A stretch of DNA of 63,887 nt, filler included, from Octopus bimaculoides (GCF_001194135.2; 6 parts of 6 records of this genome joined end to end with filler, not necessarily neighbours in it), one strand, 5' to 3'; shown: positions 12,862 through 25,313, counted from the whole stretch's first letter. The notes: generated by a model from the sequence alone, not told the origin. A program made the numbers and translations.

Positions 12862-14520
12862 CTACTTAAATTTAGAGAAAGTACATCCAATTCTGTGAAG
12901 GCATGAAACGTTTCTTTCCTTCAAACTATTAATAATCGGGATTTTGGTCCTAATTAGGAAAAAGATTTTATTTATGCATAATAAGCATTTCCTACTTTTG
13001 TTATTATATGCAGGTGCGGATGCTAATATTTTCCAGTGTAGGTTAAAGTTGATACCCTTATCCTTTAGTTCCCATATGTAGCTACTTAATCCGGTAGAAT
13101 TCCTTCTGTTCCTGTCCTTAAACGTATAATTGTGATAATTAAACCTTTGTTTCATACTATTTTTAGTCGTACCCACGTATGCCCTGTTTTCATGTTTTGT
13201 GTTTACCACACATTGGTATACCACTTCCCTTCTCATGCAGCTATTTCCGAACACGCAGTTTTCCCTTACTCTACAATAGCAAGTTCTACCTAGGTGCCCA
13301 TAGTTAATGTGATTAGTGTTAGGATTTGTTATGCTACTGCCATTTATTCTGTTTCCGTTTACCCCCAGGGCTCTGTTATTCACATTACTATTGTTGTTAG
13401 CAGTGTTAGGATTCCTACCTCCGCTATTTCTAATACTTCTATTGTTACTTCTGATATTCATATCATTATCATTACTGCTCCTATTATCTATGTTGATGTT
13501 AATGTTTCCAGTGTGAGTATTAGTATCCACATTGTTATTGTTCTGATTATCCGTCCTATAGCTAACACTATTGTCATATAAGATTGTGTTGCCTATGCCA
13601 TTTTTCCTACTTGTATAGAAGCTATCTAACTTCTTATTATTAATTGAGGAGATTATTGCAGCCAGGTTGTGCGTTAAGCTATATCCTATTCTTACTGTCC
13701 TTTTATTGATTGATTCCCAATATTTATTCTTTCCCCTTACAAAGTGTTTATTGATTATATTAAAGATACTTTTTACTATGTCGTTTTTAATCTGCATGGC
13801 GAAAGGAATTATTAGCCATAGGGTGTCCGCCCCAACTTTGTCCTTATAAGGGTTGCCCATGTTATATGTGGATCTACCAATATTATACCTGCTAACATTG
13901 AAATTAGTATTACTCTTTCCATTACCGTTTCTGCCGCTGTTATTCCTATTACAATTATTGTTTTTGAAGTTATTATTTCGTCCACTATTATTTACATCCG
14001 TGCCACCTTTATTATCTCTATCACTAGCAGTTCTATCAGTAATGATTTTATTCCAACCGTCTCCGTTACCACCATTCCGCACCGGTTGTCTCGGCCCATA
14101 CATGATATTTTTCTTATTGCCGCTTCTAACCTCACCATTACCCCTACTATTGGGCGTAACAAGTATTTCTATTATTACGACAATCATTATTATTACCTAT
14201 AATTTTGTCTCTATCCCTGCTATTGGCCGTGCTACATTTTGCAAAGCACCCTCTCTCCGGTGTGGTTGTTTCATCCATATCATTCTGGTTACTATTGCCA
14301 TTGGGGATGTATTTTATCCTATCCTTATACCCTGCATTTTTTAGTGCTACATTGTATCTTTCCTTATGTTTATTGAATATCTCTTCATTGGAGGAGAGGT
14401 TAGAAATTCTTTTGCTTATATTCAGAAGAAGTGCTTTCTTCATTTGTGGGGGGTGGTTACTAGATAGATATATATATATATATCTGTAAAAATACGTGAA
14501 ACCTTTGAAGAAAAAGCCTG
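12862..14520 (-). mobile_element. 5'-truncated Penelope-like retroelement, Neptune-type: RT C-terminus, linker, Zn motif and GIY-YIG endonuclease, with a frameshift near 14150-14190
   Basis: YLSSNHPP...NISKRISNLSSNEEIF...YNVALKNAGY; LWLIIPF...INKHF...RTVRIGYS...IISSINNK; CYCRVRENCVFGNSC; VVYQCVV...AYVGTTKNSMKQRFNYH...STGLSSYIWELK...WKIL...CLLC. Confidence 0.9.
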
Positions 14521-15344
14521 AGGTGTGTTGTTCTTGGTATTGTGGCACATGTGTGCACCATATTCTTGCTATCACTTCCAAAATGTATGGCTGGTTCTAC
14601 ACAAGCCTTCATCACTCATATCAAATCACCTGTGTGGGTTTTCTGACAACTTACATTTATTCATTCAATACGGCATTGCTTCAACTTGAAAAAATCCAAA
14701 AGTCTTCAGGCAAGAGAGTGAAAGTGGCAGGGACAGGTAAAGGATATTACTGGAAGTCTCTTGCAGGATCTCTACACAGTCGGCAACCATTGGGTGATGG
14801 CCGTTCCGGCACAGAATTTTTAACTGTGCTGTCCGTATCCTCCAGTGGTGACAAAGCAAGTCTATTTAGACACAGCACTGCTTTCCCCAACTGGGGGAGG
14901 GGCGAGAAAAGGAGCTCAAACATTGCTTACACACCTTAAACTTGTCAGCCTGCTGCAGCTCTTTGGTTATTCAGTAACGTAGTCGAAACACGAAGAAATC
15001 TAAGAATATGTAAGGACCGTGTAATGCGAGGTGGCGAGAATGGCTCTTTAGTACATCACACAGTCCTTACAATAAGTGTAAATTGGATAGTGCATGTAAG
15101 GGCCGGAGAGAAAAAGAGAGACACAACCGCGTAGGATGTTTAAGAGAAGATTTATTGGTATGTAAACATGCGGATCTGTGTATGCGTCATATATACAGTA
15201 ATAATAGACAGGCCGCCATGAGAACAAAATGTATGTGTGTGTGTAAGCATAGATGTATGCGCGCGTGAAGAACATATAAGATTAGCAATAAAGCAGACAG
15301 TGAAAGAGTCAATAGCTATCGAGGTGAGAAGTTTATAGACACAA

Positions 15345-15640
15345 GAATGAGAATACAAGTTCGTCGTCAATTGTACACGATAGTTGAAACACTGTACCAA
15401 GTTGGTGATAAATTGTATATGAGGACACACAATAATGGAAAGCAGAACTGGGAAGAGGACGAAATTACCAAATGCGTAGGTAAAATGATGTATTGGGTAA
15501 AAATACGAATGTCACAGGGACCAACTGAAAAGAGATTTGTGGAAAGCGAACCAAAGAAGCTGGAGGAACCCATGGAATGGTTGTACGATACGTTCCAAGT
15601 ACCAACGTCACTGCAGGTGATTGAACCCTGGCGTACAAGT
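15345..15640 (+). mobile_element. Gypsy/Ty3 pol C-terminal remnant (downstream of integrase)
   Basis: YQVGDKLYMR...GKQNW...ITKCVGKMMY...EEPMEWLYDTFQVP resembles, from memory, the C-termini of invertebrate Gypsy pol proteins. Confidence 0.55.
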
Positions 15641-15674
15641 GAAAGAAAAAGAAAACATACAGAGTTCCTGAAAA

Positions 15675-18425
15675 TAGATAAACTTAGATAAACTTACATA
15701 TGTTTCGACCAAAGATTGGTCCAGGTCATGTCTAACTTAATTGCACCACCTGATAGGATTATTTAAATCTTTTTTAAGTCAAGTTTTGTGGTATCATGGT
15801 CCATTCAAGTAGTGAGTTCTTGTTGAGTGAGTTGTATCCAGGTATAGATGGCTTATCTGGTATTCCTTGAAGAAATTTATCCAGGCTCTGTTTAAAGGTG
15901 ATGGGATCCTTTTCCTCTTTGATCAGTTTTGGGACAATGTTAAACAGGGCAGGGCCTGTTGAGGAAAAGAAATTGTGTCGCAGTGTACTTATATGTTGTG
16001 ATCCTGAATTGGGCAGGGGACGTATGGCCCGTGGTCCCAGCCTTGGATGAACCTTGAAGCTAATGTTCAGGTCGTTTGAGCAATGTTGGCGGTATATTCT
16101 CCACATCGTGCAAATGTTGTACCGCTCGCGGCGGCGCTGGAGAGAGTAGAGTTTCAAGGTTTTAAGGCGGTCCCAGTAATCTAGATCAGTCATGCCCTTA
16201 ATTCGTTTAGTGAATGCCCTCTGGGGTGATTCAATTTTCGAGATGTTTTGTTTTGTATGGGGAGACCACAAAGGGCAGCAGCATTCAAGGTGTGGCCGTA
16301 CAGAGGAGGAGAAAAGTGGAATGATAACACCTTGTTCTCTGGACCGAAAGGTTCTTAAGATCAAGGAGCCCATCCTACGAACTATATCGACCTTACTGTT
16401 GATGTGGGCACTCCAACTGAGATTGTTATCAACAATTACTCCTAGGTCTCTGATATTAATAGTTTCTTCCAAAATGCATCAGCTCAAATCTTCCCTCGTT
16501 TAGTTGCATTTTGTTTTAATCTGCCCATTGACTCACCGCATATAGATCAGATTGGAGTTGAGTTCGGTCTTCTTCATTGATGAAGCTTAGTGTCATCAGC
16601 AAATATTTTCACTTTGCAGTGTTTTACGACGGTGGAAAGGTCGTTTATGTAGATTATAAAGAGGAGCGGGCCCAAGACAGTCCCCTGAGGGACACCACTG
16701 GTGACTTTTGCTGGGCTTGAGTGGACTCCATCGACCACAACATGTTGTGTTCTATTCGCCAGGAAATATTCAATCCAGTGTAGAAGTTTTCCACGGATTC
16801 GAATATTTGCTAATTTTGAGAGTAAGATATTATGATCAACCCTGTCGAACGCTTTACTGAAGTCAAGACATATGACATCAAAGTTCGAACCTGTTCTCAA
16901 GGCTTTAAGTATATCCTCAATGTGGTGTAAGAGCTGTGTTAGACAGTCCCTGTCACAGCGAAATCCATGCTGATTTGCATTTAGGAGTTTGTGGATCTCC
17001 AGGAAGCCAGCTATCCTTGATCTTACCACTCTTTCAAACACTTTAATGATGTGGGAGGTGAGTGAGATTGGGCGATAGTTGACTGCGAGNNNNNNNNNNC
17101 CACTCTTTCAAACACTTTAATGATGTGGGAGGTGAGTGAGATTGGGCGATAGTTGACTGCGAGGGATCTGTTTCCCTGTTTGAAAACCGGGATGACAAAC
17201 TGGGATAGGAGCTGTTTGGGTATATAACTTGAGTCTAAAGAATTTCTCCAGAGGTTGGTCAGAGGGACTGCAAGTTGGTGTCTACGTTCCTTCAGGAGAC
17301 TAGCAGGGTATCTATCAGAGCCTACAGCAGAATAGTATTTGACATCATTTATTGCTGCTATGATGTCTGAGGCAGTGAAGGTTATGTCCGAGATTTTATG
17401 TTGGGAATCAACTTCGTTTACTTCACTTACGTCAATATCAGTGCGATCACTAAAGGCAGAACAGTATTGTTTCTGCAGTATTTTTGCCATTTCTTTAGCA
17501 TCGTGTTGGGGAATGCCGTTATCATCGATCAATAGCCCAATGGGCGAGACAGCAGTTCTATGCTTATTTGCATAAGATTAAAACACTTTGGGGTTCTGTT
17601 TGATTTTTTTTTATTACCCCCTGTTCCTCTGCAGTTCTTTGATTTTCAATGGAGGTTTTCATGTCAATCTGCAGATGAAGTTTTTCCAACTCCAGCCTTT
17701 TCATTGTTGTTGAATGTGGATCTTGTATGTGGGAGTATTTTAATTGGTTGATTTTTTTTAGTCTTTTGATGCGCCTGATGAGTATTTTTTTTCTTTTTAG
17801 GGTTTTCTTTTTAGGATTTCTGTTTGTGTTAGTGAATTTCGTAGGAACGTGTTTTGAGCATGTATAAGTGACAATGTTCTCAAAGTGCTGCTATGCAGTC
17901 TCAATGTGAGTGGAACTGAGAGTGAAGGACCAGTCGATGAAGGACAGATCCTTCCTGGTTGCTCCCCAGTCCGTTTTGAGGAAGTTTATGTTGTCAAATA
18001 AGTGCAGTGGAGTGGGATTGGCTGGTTTGGTTTTGATATGCCAGGAATTAAAATTGCAGAGTATCATGTCGTGGTCTGAGAGAAGATTTTTTTCAATTGA
18101 AATACTATGAACGGAGGTAGAGTGGTTGGTTAATATTAGATCCAAGATCGTTTTATTCTGTCTTGTTGGTTCGAGCACTAACTAAGTCAGGAAGAATTTA
18201 TCCATTAGATTAAAGAGTAATTCTGCTGCTGCTTTGTGTGATGTAGAGCATTTGCCTTACTTCAGAGTATTTGTGGGCCAGTTTATATGAGGGAGGTTAA
18301 AATCACCCATCACTAGTATGTTTCCGGAGTTGTATTTTTGAAGGAAGGACTTGATTTTGTTGAGGCACTCTTCAAAGCACTTTAGAGGTGCTTGGGGAGG
18401 CCTGTAAAGACCAACAATGATGCTA
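15675..18425 (-). mobile_element. 5'-truncated CR1-clade LINE ORF2 (APE endonuclease + RT), with frameshifts
   Basis: VGLYRPP...VMGDFNLPHINW; PTRQNKTILDLILTN...LSDH; NYRPISLTSHIIKVFERV; GFR...CLTQLL...LDFSKAFDRVDH; SGVPQGTVLGPLLFIIYIND; FADDTKL; LYSLQRRRERY; (AAGTTTATCT)2 3' tail. Confidence 0.93.
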
Positions 18426-19074
18426 AGAAAAAAAAAAATTAAATTGTTCGAGAAAAAAAAAAACTCAAAAAAGGGAGGTGGGATGAATAAAAATATTATT
18501 ACAAAATAAAATGAATCCTGACACCCGCTAAGAAAAAATTTAAAGGGGAGATGTAGAGAATTAGTAATAATTGTACATCCCTCCCACATGAATAGAATGA
18601 TGGAGCCACTATAAGTGAAGTGTCGGCCAGTATCAAGAGACTAAGTGTAGACTGTGTTGATAGTTGTGTCTGTGCTGATATAGTAATTCTACTATTGCTT
18701 ATTTGTACGTTATAACGATCCAACCTTTTGAGGATAATAACACTGTACGACTGGAGGAGTGGTCATACGGTGCCAGATAGAAACATTTGCATCTCATTAT
18801 GCAAACAAACAGTTGTATAATCAAATACCTGTATTCTTGCGTCGAAACAATTGTAGCGAATAATAAATAAATGTCCACTCGTACTCCTTCTCCTTGATTC
18901 CAATTTCTTCAATCTTGCATTCACACACGACGAATGCCCAAACTTAAACTTGGAAGTATATAATAATACTACCGATAATACTGGGTAATTCTGAAGGTGG
19001 ACGAGCTTTATACTGTACTCTACCACGTTACATACATACGCACACACACATATATAGCGAGAGAGAGAAAGAGG

Positions 19075-19106
<32 letters not shown>

Positions 19107-19132
19107 TCATATATTCGTATCTGTATGAATAT

Positions 19133-19203
<71 letters not shown>

Positions 19204-19358
19204 GAGAACACTGGAGAAAGTTGAGATTTTTGATAAACAAAATTTTCTTTTCGTCCACACACAAAATAAAATGTCGTGAGAGAATTTTGAATATTATTGT
19301 TCTTGGTGTAGTTGTAGCAGCAGATAAAATTTGGTTAGTTGCTCGCCGTGCTACTGAC

Positions 19359-19511
19359 TTCTAATTCTTTCGTCAGCTGATTGTTCATTGCCTTTGCGTT
19401 GTCAGCTGTTTTCTGCCATCTTTGTCGGTCATTTCTTATGGCGCTTGTCAATGCTCTGTCTGCTGCATCCCAAAGCTCTCTGTCAAGTAGTGACGGTATG
19501 TTGAATTTATA
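19359..19511 (-). CDS. Candidate coding exon of an unidentified gene
   Basis: Polypyrimidine tract ...CTATTCATCAG acceptor, then 153 nt open in phase 0 (YKFNIPSLLDRELWDAADRALTSAIRNDRQRWQKTADNAKAMNNQLTKELE), then GTCAGT donor or in-frame TAA at 19335. Confidence 0.4.
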
Positions 19512-19679
19512 CTGATGAATAGGTTCAGAAGGAGGCGCGTCAAAAGAAGAAATCGACACTTGAGCCTATTCCACTCGAAGTCGTGATTGGTCAGATTTTA
19601 TTGATCACATGGGTAATGTTCTAACGAATCATGACATCGAGGGATTGATGAATATTCCCACTACACACACACACACACA

Positions 19680-19778
<99 letters not shown>

Positions 19779-20299
19779 ATACACACACACACACATTTCT
19801 ATGTTTATATAACAAGTTTCCACGATTTTCAACCAATTTTCAATTATAAAAACCATTGATAACCTGAGACTATATTAAAAAGGCATTTGCCGAAGATACC
19901 ACGCAGTGGAATCATACCTAGAAGCTGCTGGTTGTGGAGTACACTTCAGAACCTCACACCCAGCAATCCTCATGCCCATAGCAGCAAGATATGCTGTTGC
20001 TACAAAACTTCTGATTCCTCTGAAGGAAGAAAGGATGTGCCCTTTTCTTGTGACTTCTAGTTGTGCCACAAGCCTTAAACCTCATGCTAAACATTTTGAC
20101 CAATCCTTCGTTCCCATATCTGCAACTTCTGGTACTACCTCCTTTCCCATATCCCCTTTCTGTCCATGTCCCGCCCCTGTCCATGTCTCTTTCTTCCATC
20201 AGTTATCAACCTGTAGAACTATTCTTCATTATTCTGGCCTACAAAGACCATAAGCAATCATTTACTTCTCAAGTGACCTCCACACGGTCGCTTCACCCA

Positions 20300-20470
20300 T
20301 TAAACTTAACTACTGAAACTTACACAGATCTTGCCCGACCATCTTTAAAAAAGAAAACATTGTATAACGTAGTTCTGAAAATATAATGTCTGAATAAAAG
20401 ACAGGATGTTCATGGTTTAAATACTTTTAACGAAAGGTCTTCGGGGTGAAGGATGACGTGAAGCTAAACA
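20300..20470 (+). mobile_element. Degenerate SINE 3' part (related copies near 35190-35345 and 42340-42500)
   Basis: Shared ...AAAAAAGAAAACATTG(T/G)ATAA...TAGT...GTCTGAA...AAGAC(A/G)GGATG pattern. Confidence 0.5.
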
Positions 20471-21429
20471 AGAGAAATTTGTAAACCCGTACAATAATTT
20501 ATGAATGGTTTCTCACTGCACTGCAAATACTTTTCTATGCCATAGTCTCTGTTATAAATAACTCGCGTCTCTTAGTTGTTGGATCGCTTATGTATCTGTG
20601 TCAGGTCATTGTTTCTTAAACATTTTTTTCAGATTGCAACTGGTTAAATCAAGTTGCCCTTAGATCTTTAGATATCAAAGCCCATAATAGATCAGTGACT
20701 AATACAGTTTTATTTAAACATCGTAAATGCTTAGCTGTGACAAATTGTTCTGCCTATTCTACATATCAATACAAACATTAGATTTGTAACCAACACTATG
20801 TACGTGTATAAATACATACATACATACATACATACATACACACACGTGTGTGTGTGTGTGTGTGTTGTATGTAGTGATTGACGATTTAATGTCTATTTCT
20901 CAGCATATTGGCATAGAATTTTTTTCTTTTGCCCTTATTTCTAATTGTTTATAATTTTCACCTTAAAAGGTATTTTAAAATGCTGGCCACTTGATGAAAT
21001 TTTTTGAAAAAATTTTATCCTATATTAGAAGTNNNNNNNNNNNNNNNNNNNNNNNNNNNNNNNNNNNNNNNNNNNNNNNNNNNNNNNNNNNNNNNNNNNN
21101 NNNNNNNNNNNNNNNNNNNNNNNNNNNNNNNNNNNNNNNNNNNNNNNNNNNNNNNNNNNNNNNNNNNNNNNNNNNNNNNNNNNNNNNNNNNNNNNNNNNN
21201 NNNNNNNNNNNNNNNNNNNNNNNNNNNNNNNNNNNNNNNNNNNNNNNNNNNNNNNNNNNNNNNNNNNNNNNNNNNNNNNNNNNNNNNNNNNNNNNNNNNN
21301 NNNNNNNNNNNNNNNNNNNNNNNNNNNNNNNNNNNNNNNNNNNNNNNNNNNNNNNNNNNNNNNNNNNNNNNNNNNNNNNNNNNNNNNNNNNNNNNNNNNN
21401 NNNNNNNNNNNNNNNNNNNNNNNNNNNGT

Positions 21430-21892
21430 GTTAATGTCCACCAGAGAAGTTGAATTGTTGGGAATGTTTTTAACTTGGGTCTTATAGTATGCCTGTATAT
21501 ATGTGAGAGTATAGTTTCACTTTAATAGTTTCAGTATGAAATTGAAAGTATTAAAGTGAAAGTATTTGAAATTACAGTAGCGACATGTTATTGTTTCACT
21601 TTTGACATGTAATACTGAAATAGTGGAATAGTTTCAGTGTTAAAGTGAAAGTATCTGACATTACAGTAGAGTGATGTTATTGTTTCACTTTTGACACGTA
21701 ACACTGAAATAGTAGAGGAGATATGATATTGCTGTGGGCTCGAACTATGCAAGAAGTTAAAAATTGTTTTGGCCTAAGACACTACATGGACCCTAAGTAA
21801 GGCATGTGTTAATTTGGTATGAAATTGGTTGTGTAGTTCTCGAGTTTTAGGTATTCACACAGACAAACACATTTTCATCTTTATATATCTGA
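21430..21892 (-). mobile_element. Non-autonomous Helitron-type element with internal ~89-bp tandem repeat
   Basis: Minus strand starts A|TCAGATATATAAAGATGAAAATGTGTTTGTCTGTG...CCAATTTCATACCAAATT. Repeat units start at 21551 and 21640. Confidence 0.65.
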
Positions 21893-22039
21893 TATTTATG
21901 CGCTTGGAGCTGAAAAATGTGGGAGTTAAGGCTCCAATTNNNNNNNNNNNNNNNNNNNNNNNNNNNNNNNNNNNNNNNNNNNNTTAATTAATTAANNNNN
22001 NNNNNNNNNNNNNNNNNNNNNNNNNNNNNNNNNNNNNNN

Positions 22040-22999
22040 CTATTTTTTGGACTGCCATGTTAGCTTGGCGATAACTATTAATATTCAGTACCGCTGCCGT
22101 AGCCTCCTTTAGAGAGACTTAGAAATATTAATATTTCTATTTTTGAAAACCAGTGGATGTATTCCACTGAATTTGGGTAAATAATCCTTCGAACAGACGG
22201 TCAGTAGCGACGCCTGTTGGGTTCGACTGCTCTACATTGATAAAAGGCAAGTACCCTGAAACTAGTCTGTAGATGCCAGACCAGTAAGGGGAAGTGGCGG
22301 ACGTCCCCTATTCGAAGGTTATAATGAATACAGGTTCGTGTGTCACATAGCTAGCTAGGGTCGATGGCCTCTTGGAGCTAATCAACAAAAGCATACGTCC
22401 TATTTTTGGGACTGCCATGTTAGCTTGGCGATAACTATTAATATCNNNNNNNNNNCAAAAGACTGAAACAAGTAAAAGAGTAAAAGAGTAAAGAGTATAT
22501 ATACATACATATATATAATTATATATGTATATGTATAAATACATATACATACAAACATATATACATATATTTGTATACATATCGTCCGTAAGCATAAATC
22601 CAAAAAAAGAAGCCGTCTCTAAGTTATAGAGCAGTATATATTAAAGTTAGATAATCCGGTTTATGGGCAACTCGCTGCTTCACCGAAAACAATACCGGAA
22701 ACAACACCGAGTAGATACAGGTGGTGCACCAGCATGAACTCAGCCCTGGGCTGAAACCAGTAGAACATCAAAGGTCCCCTCTTCGAAGGTTATAATGGAC
22801 ACAAGTTCGTGTGTCACATAGCTATCTAGAAGCGATGGCCTTTTGGAGCCAATCAATGGCAGCATTCGTCCTATTTTTTGGACTGCCATGTTAGCTTGGC
22901 GATAACTATTAATATTCAGTACCGCTGCCGTAGCCTCCTTTAGAGAGACTTAGAAATATTAATATTTCTATTTTTGAAAACCAGTGGATGTATTCCACT
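22040..22999 (+). repeat. Retrozyme-like / PLE-associated tandem repeat, 360-bp period, split by gaps
   Basis: CTATTTTT(T/G)GGACTGCC at 22040, 22400 and 22871. The unit contains one hammerhead motif. Confidence 0.75.
22231..22273 (+). ncRNA. Minimal type I hammerhead ribozyme, U3:A8 core variant
   Basis: UCUACA-UUGAUAA-A-AGG(CAAGUAC)CCU-GAAAC-UA-GUC-UGUAGA: 6-bp stem I, 3-bp stem II, palindromic ACUAGU stem III, GUC cleavage site at 22267. Confidence 0.7.
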
Positions 23000-23492
23000 N
23001 NNNNNNNNNNNNNNNNNNNNNNNNNNNNNNNNNNNNNNNNNNNNNNNNNNNNNNNNNNNNNNNNNNNNNNNNNNNNNNNNNNNNNNNNNNNNNNNNNNNN
23101 NNNNNNNNNNNNNNNNNNNNNNNNNNNNNNNNNNNNNNNNNNNNNNNNNNNNNNNNNNNNNNNNNNNNNNNNNNNNNNNNNNNNNNNNNNNNNNNNNNNN
23201 NNNNNNNNNNNNNNNNNNNNNNNNNNNNNNNNNNNNNNNNNNNNNNNNNNNNNNNNNNNNNNNNNNNNNNNNNNNNNNNNNNNNNNNNNNNNNNNNNNNN
23301 NNNNNNNNNNNNNNNNNNNNNNNNNNNNNNNNNNNNNNNNNNNNNNNNNNNNNNNNNNNNNNNNNNNNNNNNNNNNNNNNNNNNNNNNNNNNNNNNNNNN
23401 NNNNNNNNNNNNNNNNNNNNNNNNNNNNNNNNNNNNNNNNNNNNNNNNNNNNNNNNNNNNNNNNNNNNNNNNNNNNNNNNNNNNNNNNNNNN

Positions 23493-23530
<38 letters not shown>

Positions 23531-23843
23531 AGCAAATGAACAATAACGGACGATGGATAAATGTTAGTTTATTACAGCTGTTTCTTACGCATTTTTAATA
23601 GATCAATTAGTACATTACGTCATTTCAAAAACAAATGTACATATAATTTCAAAACGATATAAAAACATTCTAAGAATACACTGAGAACATGCCTTTCGGC
23701 TAGCCAAGGGTGGACATGAAATTACCAGCTCCGTACTATATTACCTTCATTTATTTATTTTGTCTTCGGTTCCATTCTTGCTACGAAACATTTCTAATCA
23801 TAGTGTAATAAAATGAATAACATATGAATATATACATAATTAC

Positions 23844-23879
23844 CTGCACCTCATCTCCAGTCTTTGATACAGAACCAGT
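23844..23879 (-). CDS. Candidate 36-nt micro-exon
   Basis: TTCTGCTAG|ACTGGT...GAGGTGCAG|GTAATT; reads TGSVSKTGDEVQ in phase 0. Confidence 0.2.
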
Positions 23880-24268
23880 CTAGCAGAATCGAATCTACAT
23901 CCTCTACCCAAGACTGTCAACATAACTTACTGTCATCTTACTGCTACTCAGTAACTAAATTCTTAATGTATTTCCATTCCCTTGATGCTAATAACTGCCT
24001 ATGTTTTGTTCCCCCCCCCCATTTCAAGGTCAGCTTCTGTTATTATTTATTTGCTTAATACATCAAAGAGATTGAAGACACATCGGACACCAAGCAACGT
24101 ATGATGAACACAGCTTCTAGGCGCCAAATACTCGTAGGTGTGATTTTCTCTGCGCGCATAGCCCGAATATTTTAGTGGATTCGACCATAGGTGATAACCA
24201 CAAGTTAATTCAACCCTACTTGGTGTATATCATTTAAGTACCCGATTTTCTCGAGAGTCCTTATTATT

Positions 24269-24310
<42 letters not shown>

Positions 24311-24929
24311 NNNNNNNNNNGGGCTATTTCCCTTCGTCATGGCCGGTATGACAGACTTTAACAGACTACACATCTAGTAAAATAAATGTGAATGTCAGTG
24401 TGTCAGTGTTTCAATGTGTCACACCTTTTTAAATTTATTCCTGGAGCCCAGAATATCATACCATTGTTGAATCAGGCCGTCCCAGAATAAATTAAAAACA
24501 TTCTGGACTGAATCCGGACCCGCAATCCTGAAATCTGGGATTTCCAAGTTTTCATTACTGCGATTCTTTTCGGCGGTTATTTTACGTAACGTTCTACGAC
24601 TAATTTTTTTGTACGATAAAAAATTTCCTAACTTGGAAATATTTCGGCGATTTTTTTACGTGATTTTTTTTTTTTTTTGTGAGGAATATGATCATCATTG
24701 GGATATGACTCTAGAAGAAACAATTACAATAAATTCTGCAAAACAAGTTAGAAATCTGTTCGCAGCTTTTCCCCATTCGGGGTCAGTAGCTTAAAAGCTA
24801 TAGACTAGCGTAAAAGCCGCCTGATATATATATATATATATCAGCCCTTCTGCCTAACTACCTTTGCCCAGCCAACCGCCATGACTGATCGCTAGTTTTT
24901 TATTCTCTCTTTGTTTATTTCCTCGTGTT

Positions 24930-24966
24930 CCTTTCTGCTGAAGAGCGTAGGCTCGAAACATAAAAT
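24930..24966 (+). ncRNA. Degenerate minimal hammerhead (PLE pLTR-like)
   Basis: UUU-CUGCUGA-A-GAGC(GUAG)GCUC-GAAAC-AUA-AAA; A6 is changed to C and the stem III CG is decayed to CA. Confidence 0.5.
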
Positions 24967-25313
24967 ACTTTCCCACCTTCCCAAGCGTTAAATTTATGCA
25001 CCTGTTTGTTGTTTATTCCCCTGTCTTCGTCTCTTGTTTTTCCGTAAATTTGGACTATGTGTATATATATATGTGTGTGTGCATGTATATATATAATAAT
25101 GTACATTTAAGCACAAGAGAAAACTGCCTTCAACAGGCAGTTTTTTTCACGCTAGAAGAAACCGTATTTAAGAGCAATCTTCAAAAGGAATGAAAAATAT
25201 ATATGTGGTTCATTCAAAAAACGGAGAAAAGGACAACAAGAAAAAGCACAACATCGTGAGGACGTAGTACATGCAAAATGTTAATAAAACGCTCAGAAAG
25301 GAAAAAGAGTGGT

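Noticed and set aside
13294-14489. Plus-strand Leu/Ile-rich ORFs
   Set aside because: They are antisense shadows of the Asn-rich Neptune ORF.
15690-15735. GACCAA-TCT-TTGGTC-GAAACATATGTA at the CR1 3' end as a hammerhead
   Set aside because: No CUGANGA or U3:A8 core and no stem I; more likely the LINE 3' stem-loop.
18860-18900. RRSTSGHLF as a Copia RNase H motif
   Set aside because: No flanking D/SW.SKKQ motifs; probably chance.
19875-20386. Overlapping 60-115 aa ORFs in a GC-richer stretch
   Set aside because: No recognisable motifs or splice structure; probably an unclassified repeat.
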